Shown: positions 58,101 through 64,000 of the stretch, piece after piece
Numbering within the stretch: the stretch's first letter is position 1
Layout of the letters: every line of letters begins with the position of its first letter
From: the human T2T-CHM13v2.0 reference genome, Homo sapiens
Assembly: GCF_009914755.1 (NCBI RefSeq)
Contig: NC_060939.1
Direction: 5' to 3' (one strand)
Length of the DNA: 64,000 nucleotides
Notes under the pieces: generated by a model
What the model was told of the DNA's origin: nothing
Databases searched by the model: none
What the model saw: the letters and a program-made list of their open reading frames with translations, nothing else
Translations under genes and position numbers: made by a program

Positions 58101-61100
58101 CCATTCCATTCGATTACATTCCATGCGATTCCATTCGAAATCGAATCAATTACATTGCAATCCATTACTATTGAGTCCGTTTTATTCCAGTCCACTGCAT
58201 TCTGGTCCATTCCATTTGATTCCATTCCATTCTATTCCATTCCATACAGTTGCATTCCATTGGATTCCATGCTATATCTATAAATTCAATTCGAGACCAT
58301 TGCTTTTGAGTCCATTCTATATGATTCCATTCCATTCAAGTCCATTACATTTGGTTCAATTCCATTCCATTCCATTCCCTTCCATTCCATTACATTTGAT
58401 ATGAATCCATTCGATTCCATTCCATTCGAGCACATTCCATTCGAGTCCATTCCATTCGATGCCATTCCATTTGATTCTATTCCATTAGTCTCCATTCAAT
58501 TCCATTAATCTCCATTCCATTCCATTCTACTCCAACTGATTCCATTCCATTCTATTCCTTTCCATTCCATTTCATTCCATTCCATTCCATTCGTGTCCAT
58601 TCCACTCCAGTCCATTCCATTCGTGTCCATTCCATTCCAGTCCATTCCATTTGTGTCCACTGCATTCCATTCCACTCCATTCCATATTATTCCATTACAC
58701 TCCATTCCATTCTATTACTTTCATTTCCATTCAATTCCATTCCATTTGATTCCATTCCACTCGGTTTCATTCCATTTGAGTCCACTCCATTCCATTCCAT
58801 TCCATTCCATTCAGTTCCATTCCATTCTGTTCCATTCCATTCCGTTCCATTACATTCCATTCCATTCGGTACCATTCCATATTGTTCCATTCGATTCCAT
58901 TCGAATCCATTCCATTCCAGTCCATTCCATTCGATTCCATTCCATTCATTTCAATTCCATTCCATTCCATTCCATTCCATTCCACTTGATTCCTCTCCAT
59001 TCCCTTCCACTGCATTCCGTTCGATTCCATTCCATTGCATTGCATTCCATTCCATTGGATTGCATTCCATTCGATTCCATTCCATTCGAATCAATTACAT
59101 AGCAATCCATTACATTCGAGTCTATTCTCTTCCGTTCCATTCGATTTCGTTCCAATCCATTCGATTCCATTCCATTCGATTCCATTCCATACTATTGCAT
59201 TCCATTCGATTACATTATATTCGAATAAGTTCCATTCAAGACCATTTCTTTTGAGTCCATTCTATTTGAGTCCATTCCCTTTGATTCCATAACATTTGAG
59301 TCCATTCAATTCCATTCCTTTCGTTTCCATTCCATTTGATGCCATTCCATTCAATTCTGTTCTACTCGACTCCAATACATTCAATTCCATTCCATCCGAT
59401 TCCATTACATTCTTTTCATTTCTTATCCATTTCAAGCCATTCCACTCCATTCCATTCCACTCGTTTCCTTTCCATTCGAGTCCATTCCTCTCCAGTCCAT
59501 TCCGTTCAATCCATTCCATTCCAGTCCATTCCATTCGAGTCCGTTCCATTCCAGTCCATTCCATTCGAGTCAATTCCATTCCATTCGATGTCTTTCCATA
59601 ACGATCCATTCCATTCTATTCCTTTCGATTCCATTCCATTCTATTTCATTCCATTCGATTCCCTTCCATTGGACTCCTTTCCATTCGAGTGCATTCCATT
59701 CCTTTCCATTTCTTTCCGTTCTGTACGATTCCTACCGTTCGATTTCATTTTGTTCCAGTCCATTCCTTTCGCGTCCATTCCATTCCATTTCACTCCATTC
59801 GATTCCATTCCACTCGATTCCACTTCGTTCCATTTCATTGCATTCCATTCTATTCAACTCTATTGCCTTCCATTCCATTCCATTCGATTACATTCCATGC
59901 GATTCCATTCGAAATCGAATCAATTACATTGCAATCCATTACTATTGAGTCCGTTTTATTCCAGTCCACTGCATTCTGGTCCATTCCATTTGATTCCATT
60001 CCATTCTATTCCATTCCATACAGTTGCATTCCATTGGATTCCATGCTATATCTATAAATTCAATTCGAGACCATTGCTTTTGAGTCCATTCTATATGATT
60101 CCATTCCATTCAAGTCCATTACATTTGGTTCAATTCCATTCCATTCCATTCCCTTCCATTCCATTCCATTTGATATCAATCCATTCGATTCCATTCCATT
60201 CGAGCACATTCCATTCGAGTCCATTCCATTCGATGCCATTCCATTTGATTCTATTCCATTAGTCTCCATTCAATTCCATTAATCTCCATTCCATTCCATT
60301 CTACTCCAACTGATTCCATTCCATTCTATTCCTTTCCATTCCATTTCATTCCATTCCATTCCATTTCATTCCATTCCATTCCATTCGTGTCCATTCCACT
60401 CCAGTCCATTCCATTCGTGTCCATTCCATTCCAGTCCATTCCATTTGTGTCCACTGCATTCCATTCCACTCCATTCCATATTATTCCATTACACTCCATT
60501 CCATTCTATTACTTTCATTTCCATTCAATTCCATTCCATTTGATTCCATTCCACTCGGTTTCATTCCATTTGAGTCCACTCCATTCCATTCCATTCCATT
60601 CCATTCCATTCAGTTCCATTCCATTCTGTTCCTTTCCATTCCGTTCCATTACATTCCATTCCATTCGGTACCATTCCATATTGTTCCATTCGATTCCATT
60701 CGAATCCATTCCATTCCAGTCCATTCCATTCGATTCCATTCCATTCATTTCAATTCCATTCCATTCCATTCCATTACATTCCACTTGATTCCTCTCCATT
60801 CCCTTCCACTGCATTCCGTTCGATTCCATTCCATTGCATTGCATTCCATTCCATTGGATTGCATTCCATTCGATTCCATTCCATTCGAATCAATTACATA
60901 GCAATCCATTACATTCGAGTCTATTCTCTTCCGTTCCATTCGATTTCGTTCCAATCCATTCGATTCCATTCCATTCGATTCCATTCCATACTATTGCATT
61001 CCATTCGATTACATTATATTCGAATAAGTTCCATTCAAGACCATTTCTTTTGAGTCCATTCTATTTGAGTCCATTCCCTTTGATTCCATAACATTTGAGT

Positions 61101-64000
61101 CCATTCAATTCCATTCCTTTCGTTTCCATTCCATTTGATGCCATTCCATTCAATTCTGTTCTACTCGACTCCAATACATTCAATTCCATTCCATCCGATT
61201 CCATTACATTCTTTTCATTTCTTATCCATTTCAAGCCATTCCACTCCATTCCATTCCACTCGTTTCCTTTCCATTCGAGTCCATTCCTCTCCAGTCCATT
61301 CCGTTCAATCCATTCCATTCCAGTCCATTCCATTCGAGTCCGTTCCATTCCAGTCCATTCCATTCGAGTCAATTCCATTCCATTCGATGTCTTTCCATAA
61401 CGATCCATTCCATTCTATTCCTTTCGATTCCATTCCATTCTATTTCATTCCATTCGATTCCCTTCCATTGGACTCCTTTCCATTCGAGTGCATTCCATTC
61501 CTTTCCATTTCTTTCCGTTCTGTACGATTCCTACCGTTCGATTTCATTTTGTTCCAGTCCATTCCTTTCGCGTCCATTCCATTCCATTTCACTCCATTCG
61601 ATTCCATTCCACTCGATTCCACTTCGTTCCATTTCATTGCATTCCATTCTATTCAACTCTATTGCCTTCCATTCCATTCCATTCGATTACATTCCATGCG
61701 ATTCCATTCGAAATCGAATCAATTACATTGCAATCCATTACTATTGAGTCCGTTTTATTCCAGTCCACTGCATTCTGGTCCATTCCATTTGATTCCATTC
61801 CATTCTATTCCATTCCATACAGTTGCATTCCATTGGATTCCATGCTATATCTATAAATTCAATTCGAGACCATTGCTTTTGAGTCCATTCTATATGATTC
61901 CATTCCATTCAAGTCCATTACATTTGGTTCAATTCCATTCCATTCCATTCCCTTCCATTCCATTCCATTTGATATCAATCCATTCGATTCCATTCCATTC
62001 GAGCACATTCCATTCGAGTCCATTCCATTCGATGCCATTCCATTTGATTCTATTCCATTAGTCTCCATTCAATTCCATTAATCTCCATTCCATTCCATTC
62101 TACTCCAACTGATTCCATTCCATTCTATTCCTTTCCATTCCATTTCATTCCATTCCATTCCATTTCATTCCATTCCATTCCATTCGTGTCCATTCCACTC
62201 CAGTCCATTCCATTCGTGTCCATTCCATTCCAGTCCATTCCATTTGTGTCCACTGCATTCCATTCCACTCCATTCCATATTATTCCATTACACTCCATTC
62301 CATTCTATTACTTTCATTTCCATTCAATTCCATTCCATTTGATTCCATTCCACTCGGTTTCATTCCATTTGAGTCCACTCCATTCCATTCCATTCCATTC
62401 CATTCAGTTCCATTCCATTCTGTTCCATTCCATTCCGTTCCATTACATTCCATTCCATTCGGTACCATTCCATATTGTTCCATTCGATTCCATTCGAATC
62501 CATTCCATTCCAGTCCATTCCATTCGATTCCATTCCATTCATTTCAATTCCATTCCATTCCATTCCATTCCATTCCACTTGATTCCTCTCCATTCCCTTC
62601 CACTGCATTCCGTTCGATTCCATTCCATTGCATTGCATTCCATTCCATTGGATTGCATTCCATTCGATTCCATTCCATTCGAATCAATTACATAGCAATC
62701 CATTACATTCGAGTCTATTCTCTTCCGTTCCATTCGATTTCGTTCCAATCCATTCGATTCCATTCCATTCGATTCCATTCCATACTATTGCATTCCATTC
62801 GATTACATTATATTCGAATAAGTTCCATTCAAGACCATTTCTTTTGAGTCCATTCTATTTGAGTCCATTCCCTTTGATTCCATAACATTTGAGTCCATTC
62901 AATTCCATTCCTTTCGTTTCCATTCCATTTGATGCCATTCCATTCAATTCTGTTCTACTCGACTCCAATACATTCAATTCCATTCCATCCGATTCCATTA
63001 CATTCTTTTCATTTCTTATCCATTTCAAGCCATTCCACTCCATTCCATTCCACTCGTTTCCTTTCCATTCGAGTCCATTCCTCTCCAGTCCATTCCGTTC
63101 AATCCATTCCATTCCAGTCCATTCCATTCGAGTCCGTTCCATTCCAGTCCATTCCATTCGAGTCAATTCCATTCCATTCGATGTCTTTCCATAATGATCC
63201 ATTCCATTCTATTGCTTTCGATTCCATTCCATTCTATTTCCTTCCATTCGATTCCCTTCCATTGGACTCCTTTCCATTCGAGTGCATTCCATTCCGTTCC
63301 ATTTCTTTCCGTTCTGTACGATTCCTACCGTTCGATTTCATTTTGTTCCAGTCCATTCCTTTCGCGTCCATTCCATTCCATTTCACTCCATTCGATTCCA
63401 TTCCACTCGATTCCACTTCGTTCCATTTCATTGCATTCCATTCTATTCAACTCTATTGCCTTCCATTCCATTCCATTCGATTACATTCCATGCGATTCCA
63501 TTCGAAATCGAATCAATTACATTGCAATCCATTACTATTGAGTCCGTTTTATTCCAGTCCACTGCATTCTGGTCCATTCCATTTGATTCCATTCCATTCT
63601 ATTCCATTCCATACAGTTGCATTCCATTGGATTCCATGCTATATCTATAAATTCAATTCGAGACCATTGCTTTTGAGTCCATTCTATATGATTCCATTCC
63701 ATTCAAGTCCATTACATTTGGTTCAATTCCATTCCATTCCATTCCCTTCCATTCCATTCCATTTGATATCAATCCATTCGATTCCATTCCATTCGAGCAC
63801 ATTCCATTCGAGTCCATTCCATTCGATGCCATTCCATTTGATTCTATTCCATTAGTCTCCATTCAATTCCATTAATCTCCATTCCATTCCATTCTACTCC
63901 AACTGATTCCATTCCATTCTATTCCTTTCCATTCCATTTCATTCCATTCCATTCCATTTCATTCCATTCCATTCCATTCGTGTCCATTCCACTCCAGTCC

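Larger units (their letters stand above)
1..64000. repeat. Human Satellite III (HSat3) tandem array, diverged (CATTC)n on + strand / (GGAAT)n on - strand
   Basis: Every line is built from CATTC pentamers and variants (CATTCGATTC, GAGTCCATTC, CAGTCCATTC). The + strand is C/T-rich and G-poor throughout, with no orientation switch and no non-satellite insert. It lacks the CATTCGATGATG-type words typical of HSat2. Confidence 0.98.
1..64000. repeat. Probable D15Z1-type (chromosome 15 short arm) HSat3 subfamily
   Basis: Established knowledge: D15Z1 is a Satellite III array defined by a 1.8-kb KpnI repeat. Seen here: 1.79-kb period with a single KpnI site per unit. The 3.6-kb DYZ1 unit does not fit. 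Locus assignment not verified by alignment. Confidence 0.72.

Noticed and set aside
58970-62585. Possible second two-unit recurrence (CATTCCACTTG without the TTAC variant at ~58975 and ~62570, 3593 bp apart)
   Set aside because: Supported by a single reversion-to-consensus variant that also occurs near 4275, 6065 and 11470; too weak to call.
226-63862. Hundreds of ORFs up to 338 aa on both strands (IPFHS- and MEWNG-repeat peptides)
   Set aside because: (CATTC)n and (GGAAT)n have no stop codon in any frame, so long ORFs are expected. They overlap in several frames, recur with each unit and are freely broken by 1-bp and 5-bp indels. No coding signal.
1-64000. CRISPR-like repeat/spacer or diversity-cassette interpretation
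   Set aside because: There are no unique spacers or associated genes; all intervening sequence is satellite and is repeated in every unit.
1-64000. HSF1 heat-shock elements (nuclear stress body type Sat III)
   Set aside because: GAA units are in direct orientation and I found no canonical nGAAnnTTCnnGAAn inverted triplets by eye. The main stress-body locus is the chromosome 9 array.
1-64000. HSat2 (chromosome 1, ~1.77-kb unit) or embedded Alu/L1/inversion
   Set aside because: HSat2-type GATGATG words are absent and pure CATTC runs dominate. No poly(A), target-site duplication, non-satellite stretch or switch to GGAAT on the + strand was seen.

Overview
The whole 64 kb is one uninterrupted, single-orientation tandem array of diverged (CATTC)n/(GGAAT)n pentamers, i.e. 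human/great-ape Satellite III (HSat3). It is organised into about 36 copies of a higher-order unit of modal length 1794 bp, with one KpnI site (GGTACC) per unit. This matches the described organisation of D15Z1 on chromosome 15p, but that assignment is an inference and was not checked by alignment. I see no genes, RNA genes, transposon insertions, inversions or CRISPR-like structure. All listed ORFs are artefacts of translating a stop-free pentamer (IPFHS / MEWNG). I found no evidence for a new biological system. The interesting signal is array evolution: the 1.8-kb unit is an ancient dimer of two diverged halves; one unit is halved (894 bp) by recombination between those halves; there are nascent 3.6-kb, ~5.4-kb and ~7.2-kb super-periods; there is a recently homogenised core, a gene-conversion-like mosaic unit and one unusually diverged unit. 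All comparisons were made by eye and need confirming by alignment.
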